Shown: positions 21,453 to 35,887, counted from the stretch's first letter. The stretch: 64,000 nucleotides of DNA from Acidobacteriota bacterium (GCA_963666215.2 CAXWPL010000004.1:192001-256000); one strand, 5' to 3'. The notes: generated from the sequence alone by a model not told the origin. Translations and numbers: made by a program.

Positions 21453-22335
21453 CGCAGCCGACGCGCGCGATCGTGGAAGAAACGAACCAGTGGGTTGACG
21501 TACGGCTCGTCGGCGCGGACGTCGATGACGTCGACTTTCGATCGCCGGAAGAGCTGCGTGCGGGCCTCGCGCGCGCTCGTCAGATGCTCCTCGAAAACTC
21601 GGCGGAACGTGGGGTCCGAGGTGTTCACCACCATCACTTCGCCGCTCTCGGGGTCTTCGATCTCGACGTAACCGAGCGCCGGCAATGAGCTCTCGCGGCG
21701 ATCGGCAACACGCACCGCGATCATGTCGTGCCGGCGGCCCGCGATCGCCAGCGCCCGATCGTATCCAGAGGCCAGGAAATCGCTGACGAGAAACACCACC
21801 GCCTTGCGGCGCGTCACATGCATCAGGTATTCGAGCGCACCCGCGATGTCGGTGCCACGGCCGGCGGGGCGGTGAAACAGCATCTCGCGCAGCAACCGCA
21901 ACACGTGCCGTCGGCCCTTGCGCGGCGGCACGAACTTCTCGATGCGGTCGCTGAAGATCATCAGCCCGACCTTGTCGTTGTTGTTGATGGCACTGAACGC
22001 CAGCAGAGCGCAGATCTCCACCGCCACCTCGCCTTTCGTGCGCTTGCCGCTGCCGAAGTCGCCCGAAGCGCTCACATCCACCATCAAGAGGACCGTCAGC
22101 TCGCGCTCCTCTTCGAACACCTTGACGTGCGGCGAGCCTGTGCGCGCGGTGACATTCCAGTCGATGCTGCGGATGTCGTCGCCGTAGTGGTACTCGCGGA
22201 CTTCGGCGAAGCTCACACCGCGGCCCTTGAAGACGGAGTGATACTCGCCCGAGAAAATCTCGTTCACCAGGCCCCGCGTCGAGATCTCGATGCGGCGCAC
22301 GGCGCTGAGGATGGGAGTGAGAACCTCGCGAGGAA

Positions 22336-22339
<4 letters not shown>
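21449..22339 (-). CDS. DUF58 domain protein
   Basis: GEYHSVFKGRG.FAEVREY..GDDIRSIDWNVTAR, EEREL, DVSAS. Confidence 0.9.
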
Positions 22340-23325
<986 letters not shown>

Positions 23326-23522
23326 TAGGTTTTTTCGTGTTTGCAGAGATCGGATGTCAAGGGTTGGACGATCGGCCGCGGCAAATGGACGAACCTCGAT
23401 AGCCGCGCCCGCGAAATTTCAACAGAACCCGCTCCCGCTCGCGAAGTGCAACGATAGAGCAACCTGGTCGAATCCATAGGACCAGCTCCACGGGCTCGGA
23501 CCCATAGGCACGGCTTCACAGG

Positions 23523-23581
23523 CTCGTATCCATGAATCTCGTATCCATGAATCTCATCTCCAAGATCTCGGGTCCATCGAT
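23523..23581. repeat. Short tandem array of about 15-bp units (two perfect, two degenerate)
   Basis: CTCGTATCCATGAAT x2 (23523-23552), then CTCATCTCCAAGAT and CTCGGGTCCATCGAT. Confidence 0.65.
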
Positions 23582-23628
23582 CCAGAGGCGACACCATGCG
23601 ACGAGCGCCGCGAGTCCCGTGAGACGGC

Positions 23629-24141
23629 ATGGCTGACAAACGACGGTGGGCAATGATCGGGGCGGCCACCGTCACGGTAGCGGCCCTTGCCGGCATCAGC
23701 TTGTCGGCAGTGCTGTTCAACCGCTGGAGCGAGGTCTCGAGCGTCGACGAGTCCGCAGCCGAGCGGGCTTTCGCGCGCGAGCGGAAGGCCGCGGGTGGCG
23801 GGCCTGCCTACGTGGAAATCAGCCCTTCCGGACAGGTCAGTGTGCGGACTGAGCTCGAGCTCGACACCCCGATCAGGCTGACAACGCTACACCTGTTGGC
23901 CTGGCAGCCACAGGCGCGCAATCTCCTGCGCATCGCGTTCCCGATGTGGTTCGTGCGCGTCAAGATGAGCCGCGCCATCAACCTCGGAACGCTGACATCG
24001 GTGCTCGCCGGCGACTGGGGTCAGATCAACCTGACGGTTTCTGTGGAGGAGCTCGAACGCCGTGGCCCCGGAGTTGTGCTCGACCACCGTCTGAGCGGCG
24101 GCGGGCGGATTCTGCTGTGGACCGCAGCCGAGCAGCAATAG
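23629..24141 (+). CDS. Hypothetical membrane-anchored protein
   Basis: N-terminal TM helix; C-terminal VEELERRGPGVVLD...RILLW; protein-like composition. Confidence 0.65.
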   Translation: MADKRRWAMIGAATVTVAALAGISLSAVLFNRWSEVSSVDESAAERAFARERKAAGGGPAYVEISPSGQVSVRTELELDTPIRLTTLHLLAWQPQARNLLRIAFPMWFVRVKMSRAINLGTLTSVLAGDWGQINLTVSVEELERRGPGVVLDHRLSGGGRILLWTAAEQQ

Positions 24142-24353
24142 GTGCGGTCGGCCCCACCCGCTACGGCCGTCGGCCTCACCCTCCGCACACCAGCCACCAG
24201 CCGATCGAGCGCCGCCACTTGCGACGTGCCCCGACCGTCGGCGACAATGCGGCCGCTCGCGCCGAGTGTCCGCGAGCTCAGCCTGCCAAGACGCTCGTGG
24301 TGGGGTCGACCGGCAACACCGGACGAGCCGACCAAAGCAAGGGAGACCTCCAA

Positions 24354-24764
24354 GTGAACCCAAAGCGCGCTTTTCTCGCTGTCGCGGTCGTGCTGCTCGC
24401 GTCCACCGCGCTCGCATCGTTGGCGGCTCCGGCCGCGCAGGGCGCGGCCAAGGTCATGGTCGTGCTCGGCTGCAACGGACAGAACGTCAGCATCAGCGTC
24501 AACCCGTTCCACGGCCATGCCGAGCCGGGGGAGACGTTCACGTGGCGTGGCGTCGGCGGGGATCCTGGCCCGTTCATGGTCGTGCCGACCAACCCGGCGG
24601 CCTTCCCGTGGGACCTCTCGAACGGGGGCACGAGCGACGCCGACAGAACCGTCACTGCGACGCCGAACGCGAAGATGACCGAAGAAGGCGACCACTACTA
24701 CAGGGTGCAGTTCGACTGCAACGGACCGAAATCGTCGACCGACCCGGTTCGCGCTCCAGCCTAG
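24354..24764 (+). CDS. Hypothetical secreted beta-rich protein
   Basis: GGGAG RBS then GTG at 24354; signal peptide; two Cys. The 3' end runs into the mrp stop and may be truncated. Confidence 0.6.
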   Translation: MNPKRAFLAVAVVLLASTALASLAAPAAQGAAKVMVVLGCNGQNVSISVNPFHGHAEPGETFTWRGVGGDPGPFMVVPTNPAAFPWDLSNGGTSDADRTVTATPNAKMTEEGDHYYRVQFDCNGPKSSTDPVRAPA

Positions 24765-25969
24765 TTCACGACCTCGGCCCCACGGTCGGTCACGCTAGCG
24801 AAAACGCGCGCCGCGATCTCACGGAAGGCCAACGCCGTGGGGCTATCGGGATGCGAGATCACATATGGCGTGCCCGCGTCGCCCGCTTCGGCGATGCTCG
24901 GATCGATGGGAATGGCGCCCAGGAAGGGCACGTCCAGGTCGGCTGCGGTGCGCCGCCCGCCGTCCTTGCGGAAGATGTGCGCCTCATGCCCACAGCTCGG
25001 GCAGTGATAGACGGACATGTTCTCGACGATGCCGAGGACCGGCACATCGACCTCCTGGAACATCGCCAGGCCCTTGCGAGCGTCGATCAGCGCGACGTCC
25101 TGCGGAGTGGTGACAATCACGGCGCCGTCGAGCGGAGCCGACTGCGTCAGCGTGAGCTGCGCGTCGCCCGTGCCGGGCGGCAGGTCGATGATCAGGGTCT
25201 CGGCGCCGCGCCAATCGACGTCGCGGAGAAACTGGCGGATCGCCTTCATGATCAACGGACCGCGCCAGATAACCGGCTCGTCCTCCGGCTGCACGAAACC
25301 GAGCGACATCAGCTGCATGCCGAACTTGTGGATGGGCACGATCACCCGCCGCCCCTCGAGCTCGCTGATCTCAGGCTCTTCATGCGTTCCGAGCATCGTC
25401 GGCACCGACGGCCCGTAGATATCGGCGTCCATCAATCCCACCTTCTCGCCGAGCTGGCCCAACGCCGCTGCCAAGTTGACCGCTACCGTTGACTTGCCGA
25501 CGCCTCCCTTGCCCGACGCCACCGCGATGACGCGGCTGACGCCGTCGATTGGCTCCCGGTTGATCACCGGTCCGGGTCGGGCACCAGGGCTACCGGGGCT
25601 ACCGGGACCCGGCTGGCCTCCCGGAGGTCCCGCCAACGGTGAGCCGCCGGGGTGAGGTTTCGCTCCTCCCGCCGCTCCTGGAACCGCGGCGGCCTGCCGA
25701 GCTCCTCCCGGCTGGGCCGAGATGGGCGCCACCACGTCGAGCTTGACGCTTTCGATGCCGCCAATCGCCTCGATGACCGATCGAGATTCGCGCGCGATCT
25801 GGTCGACGGCTTCCGCCGACCCGGAGGGCACGTTGAGCCGCAACGCCACGGCGGCGCCGCAGATGGTGATCGACTCCACGAGTCCGAACGAGACGATGTC
25901 GCGTGGCAGGCCTGGAAACCGCACCAGGCTGAGCGCGGCTCGAATTTGGTCTTCGGTTACTTGCGCCAC
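24761..25969 (-). CDS. mrp: Mrp/NBP35 (ApbC) Fe-S cluster carrier ATPase
   Basis: ASGKGGVGKST, DADIYGPS, WRGP, DLPPGTGD, VTTPQ, ENMS...CPSC; Gly/Pro-rich linker. Confidence 0.93.
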   Translation of the reverse strand: MAQVTEDQIRAALSLVRFPGLPRDIVSFGLVESITICGAAVALRLNVPSGSAEAVDQIARESRSVIEAIGGIESVKLDVVAPISAQPGGARQAAAVPGAAGGAKPHPGGSPLAGPPGGQPGPGSPGSPGARPGPVINREPIDGVSRVIAVASGKGGVGKSTVAVNLAAALGQLGEKVGLMDADIYGPSVPTMLGTHEEPEISELEGRRVIVPIHKFGMQLMSLGFVQPEDEPVIWRGPLIMKAIRQFLRDVDWRGAETLIIDLPPGTGDAQLTLTQSAPLDGAVIVTTPQDVALIDARKGLAMFQEVDVPVLGIVENMSVYHCPSCGHEAHIFRKDGGRRTAADLDVPFLGAIPIDPSIAEAGDAGTPYVISHPDSPTALAFREIAARVFASVTDRGAEVVN

Positions 25970-26322
25970 GGAATCCCTCTAGCCTGCCGCATGAAACGTG
26001 GAGCGGCGTGTCGGAACAAACAAAAGGCCTTCGCCGAGCGAGTTCAGGGCGAGCCGGAGCTGGAATTCTACTGTCAGTGCCTCCGCACCGTCGGTCCGGG
26101 GCGCCGCATCGGCGTCGATCGGCAGTTACCTGAACTTTCGGGCCGACGACCCGTTGTATCGCTCAAACCCGTCGTCTATATTCCACCGACGCTTGACATG
26201 GGTCACCGCAATTTTCGTCCAATCTGCCGCGTTCCTTCGGAGTTAGGGGTGACTCCGGAGTCCCCTGCCCTGCTCGACTGCAAGCGGGCGGACTGCGCGA
26301 CGGACGCTGAAACCCGGGAGGT

Positions 26323-26691
26323 ATGTGCATGGCCCTTGAGGCTTCATTACCGGCACCATTCGAACTTGTTTCCACCGCAACGAATCGCTTGCCGGTCTCT
26401 GAGCAATGGACCGACCTAGAGGCTTACCGACAGCTGTACGTCTCGATTATCCAGCTCGCCATCAAGGACTATGAATTCCTCCGCCGCATCATCGAGCAGA
26501 ATGCGCTCACTCCCTCCGAGCGCAAGAAGCTGCGCGGCCTCGCAGAAGATTCCGATCCGGTGGAGTTCTTCAACTCTCGCTGGTTCGAGGACATCTGCGG
26601 CATGATCGGGGTTCACCCGCAGGCCATCCGCGAGCGCCTCGAGATCACGCCCGACATCGAGTTGCTGCCGCTGCCGCCACATCTGGCCTAG
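26323..26691 (+). CDS. Small helical hypothetical protein upstream of lexA
   Basis: GGGAGG RBS; pattern IIQLAIKDY...FFNSRWFEDIC..IG.HP..IRERL; typical GC3 codon usage. Confidence 0.7.
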   Translation: MCMALEASLPAPFELVSTATNRLPVSEQWTDLEAYRQLYVSIIQLAIKDYEFLRRIIEQNALTPSERKKLRGLAEDSDPVEFFNSRWFEDICGMIGVHPQAIRERLEITPDIELLPLPPHLA

Positions 26692-26749
26692 TAGGGCATA
26701 GCGGCCAACCGTCACGCGCACCCGAATCGGTGGTTTTTCGAGCCGGGGG

Positions 26750-26778
26750 TTGATTAACAGACATTTGTCTGTTTTATT
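26750..26778 (+). promoter_or_regulatory. Putative lexA promoter with palindromic operator AACAGACATTTGTCTGTT (26756-26773)
   Basis: TTGATT-17 bp-TTTATT; the palindrome fills the spacer; identical copy at 30332. Confidence 0.8.
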
Positions 26779-26825
26779 GAACTGCTCCGTACGACTCACG
26801 CCAAGTCGCACTAAGGAAGCAGCTC

Positions 26826-27488
26826 ATGACCCCACGTACGCCTCCCGGGCAGACCCGAGAACGCATCTTCCGCTTCGTTCGTGACCGCCTACTCGAGGGT
26901 CGTCCTCCGACCCTACGCGAGGTGCAGAGCGCCTTCGATTTCAAGGCGGTGGAGTCGGCAAGAGCGCACCTGGCCGAGCTGGTGAGCGAGGGCCGGCTGA
27001 TCAAGGACGGCAACAAGGCACGCGGCTATCGTCTTCCCGATCAAGCCAACGTCGTACCGCCGCTGCAGGTGCCACTGCTCGGTAGCGTCCCCGCCGGGCC
27101 GTTGAACCTGGCGATCGAAGAGGTCGAAAGCTACCTGCCCGTGTGGCCGCGCTTTCACGGCTGTGAGCTGTTCGCGCTGCGCATCGATGGCGACAGCATG
27201 CGCGACGCCGGCATCATGCACGGCGACATCGTCATCGTCCGCAAACAGGCCACCGCCGATCCCGGCGACATCGTGGTGGCGCTCATCGGTGACGAAGCCA
27301 CCGTCAAGACCCTCTATAGAGAGGGGCGGCGTATCGAGTTGCGGCCGCAGAACCCCGAGTACACCCCGATCGTTCCCAATCCCGAAGAGTTGGTGCTGCT
27401 CGGCAAGGTCATCGAGGTGCGCCGTCACCTCGATGAAGACACCCCGCCGCTACTGAGATCCATTCCTGGAGGCCGAACAACCTCCTGA
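26826..27488 (+). CDS. lexA: LexA repressor of the mutagenesis cassette
   Basis: wHTH PPTLREV; Ala-Gly cleavage site (VPAG); catalytic Ser (GDSM) and Lys (EATVK). Confidence 0.92.
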   Translation: MTPRTPPGQTRERIFRFVRDRLLEGRPPTLREVQSAFDFKAVESARAHLAELVSEGRLIKDGNKARGYRLPDQANVVPPLQVPLLGSVPAGPLNLAIEEVESYLPVWPRFHGCELFALRIDGDSMRDAGIMHGDIVIVRKQATADPGDIVVALIGDEATVKTLYREGRRIELRPQNPEYTPIVPNPEELVLLGKVIEVRRHLDEDTPPLLRSIPGGRTTS

Positions 27489-27540
27489 AGCTCACGCCGT
27501 TATGGCGCCATTCGACCCCTCTCTCTAAAGACTTCTTCCG

Positions 27541-28284
27541 ATGTCCCTACGCACCCAATCTGCCCTCCAAGCTCTGTCCGGCGTCGTTCGCGCCATGCGG
27601 CTCGGGACGGCCGGCGAGCTCGAGTCCACCCCCGCAGGCTGGAGCCTGCAAGAGCTCTCCGGCCGACTCACCGAGCTTTCGGGCAGCAACGACGGCGCCT
27701 GCCTGACCCTTGCGATCTCGATGGTTCTCGATGCCCAGCTTCAGGGTGAAACGGTCGCCTGGGTCAGCAGCATCGACAGCACCTTCTACCCACCCGACGT
27801 ACACGACAGCGGCGTCGATCTCGATGCCCTGGCCGTGATTCGCGTTCCCGACACTCGCGACATCGTGCATGCCACCGACAAGCTGGCGCGCTCCGGTGCT
27901 TTCGGCCTCGTGGTCTTCGATCTCGCTTCGAAAAGCGGCCCTTATTCCAGTAATTCCAGTAGCTCTGGCGGTTCCACTAGCTTCGGCCACCACGATAGTC
28001 GCACCCGGAGATCGGGCCAGCGCTGGAGTCAACAAGTCCCTACTGCGATGCAATCGCGCCTCCGCAGCCTCGCACAGACCCACGACATGGCGATCCTCTG
28101 CCTCACGCACAAGTACGCGTCGTCACCATCACTCGGCTCGCTGGTTTCACTGCGCGGCGAGGCACGCCGAGAGCGGATCGGCAACGACCGCTTTGCCTGT
28201 CACCTCAACATCATCAAGGACAAACGCCGCGGCCCCGGCTGGCAACAGCAGCAAGTGTGCCGAGGTCCCGACGGCCTGTACTGA
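27541..28284 (+). CDS. imuA: ImuA / RecA-like protein
   Basis: GRLTELSG with degenerate Walker A, LARSGAFGLVVFDL, SLGSLVSLR; position between lexA and imuB. Confidence 0.8.
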   Translation: MSLRTQSALQALSGVVRAMRLGTAGELESTPAGWSLQELSGRLTELSGSNDGACLTLAISMVLDAQLQGETVAWVSSIDSTFYPPDVHDSGVDLDALAVIRVPDTRDIVHATDKLARSGAFGLVVFDLASKSGPYSSNSSSSGGSTSFGHHDSRTRRSGQRWSQQVPTAMQSRLRSLAQTHDMAILCLTHKYASSPSLGSLVSLRGEARRERIGNDRFACHLNIIKDKRRGPGWQQQQVCRGPDGLY

Positions 28285-28528
28285 CGACAAGCGTCGCCTT
28301 CATCCGTCCCAATCCGTGCCCTCAACAACCAGCCCAGTACCCGACAAGAGCGAGCTCACACCTCGAGCCCGCGTATTTCTCGAAGCCATCTGCGGCAGTC
28401 CAGATCAAAGTTCAAAGAGGGAGGCAAACAACGCAGCGCCGAGGGGCGAAAAGGAGCCACGCGACACAGGCGATCGGGGGCGATCGTCTGGTAGCGAGGT
28501 TTCTACTCCCCCCCTGCGGGGCGGCAGG

Positions 28529-30211
28529 GTGCCAGATGCAAGGCACAGCGACGCAGGCGATCTTTGCCGATCGTCGAGGAGCTGTAACGAAGTCGATGGC
28601 ACCCTGCCGCCCCGCGGGAGCAGGCGGATTTGTTGCGTTGACGTGCCCGCCCTTCCGCTCCAGTTGCTGGCGCTCGAACATCCCGAGTGGTCCGATCGAC
28701 CCTTAGCCGTCGTCGATCGCGATCGACCCACGGGTCAGATCCTTTGGGTCAACGAGCGCGCCTACCGCTCTCGTGTGCTTCCCGGGCTCAGATATGCCGC
28801 CGGTTTGGCGCTCTGTAGACAGCTGTGTGCCGGTGAGGTGCACCCCGATGAGATTGCACGTGGGGCGCAGCAAATCGCCGAGCTGCTGCAGCGATTTAGC
28901 CCCGAGGTCGAAGGCGGAACACCGGGCACTGACAACGGCGACACCCGGCGCGGCAAGCCCGACGCCGCCTCTCCGGAGCCGGGGGTTTTTTGGCTCGATG
29001 CCACCGGCATGGAGCCACTCGAGGCGTCGTTACAGTCCTGGGGAGAACGTCTTCATGGCGAGCTGACGGCGGCGGGATTTGTGGCGAGCATCGCCATCGG
29101 ATTCAGCCGATTCGGCTCCTATGCGCTTGCCCGATCGCAAACCCACGCTCCCGTCGTCGTCCTCGAGAGCCCGATCGAGGAAGAACGCTCCGTACGAAAG
29201 ATCCGCCTCGATCGTCTGCAACTCGATCCGAACCTCCGAGCCAAGCTCGGCAAGCTCGGCATCCACACTGTGGGCGCTTTCCTGAAGCTGCCGCCCACCG
29301 GTCTCGGCAAGCGCTTCGGAGCCGCGGCGGTGCGGCTGCATCGCGCTGCAGCGGGAGCTCTCGTGGAGCCTCTCGTGCCGATACCTCCGTCTGACCCTGT
29401 CGAGGTTTGGGTGGAGCTCGAGTACCCCGAAGCCGACGCCATTCGTCTGCTGTTCGTGATCAAGCGAGTTTTGCACTCTCTGCTCGAGAGCACGGTTGCT
29501 CGGGGCCAAGCCCTCACCGAGCTGAACATGAAGTTGAGTTTCGATAGCGGCGACCATCGATCCATCGAGATCCGCACAGCCGCCCCCACGCTGGACAACG
29601 CCCAGATCCTCGAGCTGGTACGTCTTCGCTTCGAACGCTTCAACATCCATCAACTCGATCTCTCGGCCGGCGTCACCGAGATGCTGTTGACCGCACGCGG
29701 CGTGCCCGTCAGCCAGGAGCAACTCGAGCTGTTCGTCGAACAACCGCGACGCGACCTGGCAGCCGCCAACCGTGCTTTCGCGCGCCTACGCACCCGTTAC
29801 GGCCGCGATGCCGTGGCCCGTGCCCAGCTTCGTGATGGCCATCTGCCCGAGGCAACCTACACCTGGGAGTCACTAGAGAAGGCGCAAATGCCCGCTCCCA
29901 AATCCAGGAATTCCGTGAGCTCTAGTGAGTCCGATGGGGCTTCTCTCCAGCGGCCGATGGTTCGACGCGTATACCGACGCCCCATCGCCCTGCCGCATCG
30001 GGAGAACCCGGAGCAGGACGGCTGGCTGGTACGCGGCCCCGAACAAGGACCGATGGTGCGTATCGTCGGCCCCTACGTCGTTTCCGGTGGCTGGTGGGTA
30101 CGCGAAGTCTTCCGCGAGTACCACTTCGTCGAAACCCAGAAGGGCGACGTCATGTGGGTCTACTACGACCGCGTCCGCCGCCGCTGGTTTCTGCAGGGCG
30201 TGATCGACTGA
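28529..30211 (+). CDS. imuB: ImuB, Y-family polymerase-like protein (start uncertain)
   Basis: ICCVDVPALPLQ, FSPEVE, FWLDATG, QLELF clamp-binding-like motif, HLPEA, GPYVVSGGWW, REYH, WFLQGVID. Confidence 0.85.
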   Translation: MPDARHSDAGDLCRSSRSCNEVDGTLPPRGSRRICCVDVPALPLQLLALEHPEWSDRPLAVVDRDRPTGQILWVNERAYRSRVLPGLRYAAGLALCRQLCAGEVHPDEIARGAQQIAELLQRFSPEVEGGTPGTDNGDTRRGKPDAASPEPGVFWLDATGMEPLEASLQSWGERLHGELTAAGFVASIAIGFSRFGSYALARSQTHAPVVVLESPIEEERSVRKIRLDRLQLDPNLRAKLGKLGIHTVGAFLKLPPTGLGKRFGAAAVRLHRAAAGALVEPLVPIPPSDPVEVWVELEYPEADAIRLLFVIKRVLHSLLESTVARGQALTELNMKLSFDSGDHRSIEIRTAAPTLDNAQILELVRLRFERFNIHQLDLSAGVTEMLLTARGVPVSQEQLELFVEQPRRDLAAANRAFARLRTRYGRDAVARAQLRDGHLPEATYTWESLEKAQMPAPKSRNSVSSSESDGASLQRPMVRRVYRRPIALPHRENPEQDGWLVRGPEQGPMVRIVGPYVVSGGWWVREVFREYHFVETQKGDVMWVYYDRVRRRWFLQGVID

Positions 30212-30325
30212 TTCACGACCGGCTGACACTGCAACGGAACGTCGACGCCCTTTTACGACAGTTCCAGCCAGCACGCAGACACGTCACCAGATTTCCGTAA
30301 AAAACCAGAAGGATGCCCGGCCATC

Positions 30326-30354
30326 TGGATAAACAGACATTTGTCTGTTTTAAT
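30326..30354 (+). promoter_or_regulatory. Putative dnaE2 promoter with second copy of the palindromic operator (30332-30349)
   Basis: TGGATA-17 bp-TTTAAT; 21 bp (AACAGACATTTGTCTGTTTTA) identical to 26756-26776. Confidence 0.8.
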
Positions 30355-30398
30355 GCCCCGCTCTCCGCACATCCTTATGTGGGGCAAGCCCAACCTCT

Positions 30399-34148
<3,750 letters not shown>

Positions 34149-34321
34149 GACTCGGCCGGCCGGACGCTCATCGAGCGCCAAGGCCTCGGCGAATGCAGGC
34201 CGACCGACGTCGACTTCCACCTGCTAGCCTCCGCGATGCCTTTGCCCGTTCGTTTGTGGCGCTCGATCGCGCACTGCACACTGCCGCCGAGCACTTGAAC
34301 GTCGACTGGAGAGCGAGACCC

Positions 34322-35887
34322 ATGTTCCGACGGCGCACCTCGACCACTCGCGCACTTGGCTGCTTCGCATTGCTATTCGTCGCTCTGGTGGCCTGTGACA
34401 CCGCCGCTCAAGACGCCCCGTATCCGCAGGCGGTTTTCGACAAGGCGATCGCCGACTTCGCTGCCGGCCGACTCCACGAAGCTGCTTCGGAGTTCGACCG
34501 TTTGGCCGAGCTCGTCCCCTCGGCGGCACCGCAACTGTGGCAACGCGGGATCGCTCTCTACTACGTGGGGCGCTACGACGACTGTCGCCTGCAGCTCGAG
34601 TCGCATCGCACGGTCAACCCGAACGACGCCGAGAACGCTGCCTGGCATTTCCTGTGTGTCGCCGCCGGGGAGTCCCTCGAGCAAGCGCAACAAGACCTCC
34701 TGCCGGTAGGGCCCGACAGGCGTTCGCCCATGGCCGAGATCTACGAGATGTTTCGCGGTGAGCTCACGCCCGACGACGTTCTGGCAGCTGCCGGGTCACA
34801 ACTGACGGCCCGCTTCTACGCCCACCTGTATATCGGGCTCTACCACCAGGCGCAGGAAAATCTCGCGGCCGCGACCGAGCACATCGCCGCCGCGGCGCAG
34901 CAGGAATTCGCTGCGAGCGGCGGCTACATGCATGTCGTGGCGCGTATCCATGAAGAGAGCCTGGTCTCAAACCAGGCTGCCGAATCGAGTGAGATGCCGA
35001 GCAGGTCTAACGAGGTGATGACACCGCGACCGGGAATCGACGCCACCAACGCCTTCTACTACTACGCCGATGTGGAAGCGGCGTGGCGGTTCTACACCGA
35101 GGTGCTGGGGCTTCAAACGGTCGCCGACTACGGCTTCGCCAAGATCCTCCGCGTGGCCTCGTCCTCGTATTTGACCCTGGTCGATGCGGAGCGTGGGATG
35201 CATTCGGCCGAGGAGCCCAAGAGCGTCACGCTAGCGCTCGTGACCGACGAGCTCGAGGGCTGGTACGACTATCTGATCGAGGCGGAAGTGCCGATGCGCG
35301 CGGCGTTCGAGCCCGCCAGCGGCCTTCCACATCAGGGGTTCGTCGCGATCGATCCCGAAGGCTACTTCCTGGAGTTCGAGCGCTTCGAGCCACATGCGGA
35401 GAACGAGCGCCTGTTGCCAGCGTTGGCGGCCCTGCGGCCGGTGTTCCCCGATCCAGATACCCAGACCGAGCGGCCCGCCAACCTGGGCATTCGGGCCACC
35501 GTGCTGTGGCTCTATTTCAACGATACTGCGCGAGCCAACCAGTTCTACACCGACCTTCTCGGACAGGCCCCGATCGTCGACCAGGGCTGGGCGTGGGCGT
35601 ATCAGGCGGCCGGGTCGGGTCTGATCGGCATCGTTGATGGATCCCGTGGCCTGCACCAGGCCACCAACGAAAAAGGCGTGACCGTGTCGCTGTTCGTCGA
35701 CGACGTCGAAGCCTGGTTCGCGGTGGCACCCGGCGTGCGTGGCTTCGAGCTGCGCACTCAGGAGATCACCGACGAGAGCGGCCGGGTGAGCGTTTTCGTG
35801 GGATACGACCCCGAGGGCACGTTTCTCGAGTGGGACACGTTTCTCGACGTCGAGGGCAACGAAAAGCTCCTCGAACTGCTGCGCTGA
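34322..35887 (+). CDS. Lipoprotein: NlpI-like TPR domain fused to tandem VOC/glyoxalase-like domains
   Basis: Lipobox LVAC; LWQRGIALYY, VNPNDAENAAWHFLC, FYAHLYIGLY; then FYTEVLG...DPEGYFLEF and FYTDLLG...DPEGTFLEW. Confidence 0.75.
   Translation: MFRRRTSTTRALGCFALLFVALVACDTAAQDAPYPQAVFDKAIADFAAGRLHEAASEFDRLAELVPSAAPQLWQRGIALYYVGRYDDCRLQLESHRTVNPNDAENAAWHFLCVAAGESLEQAQQDLLPVGPDRRSPMAEIYEMFRGELTPDDVLAAAGSQLTARFYAHLYIGLYHQAQENLAAATEHIAAAAQQEFAASGGYMHVVARIHEESLVSNQAAESSEMPSRSNEVMTPRPGIDATNAFYYYADVEAAWRFYTEVLGLQTVADYGFAKILRVASSSYLTLVDAERGMHSAEEPKSVTLALVTDELEGWYDYLIEAEVPMRAAFEPASGLPHQGFVAIDPEGYFLEFERFEPHAENERLLPALAALRPVFPDPDTQTERPANLGIRATVLWLYFNDTARANQFYTDLLGQAPIVDQGWAWAYQAAGSGLIGIVDGSRGLHQATNEKGVTVSLFVDDVEAWFAVAPGVRGFELRTQEITDESGRVSVFVGYDPEGTFLEWDTFLDVEGNEKLLELLR

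Noticed and set aside
23523-23581. CRISPR array
   Set aside because: Units are about 15 bp, contiguous, without spacers, and no cas genes are present.
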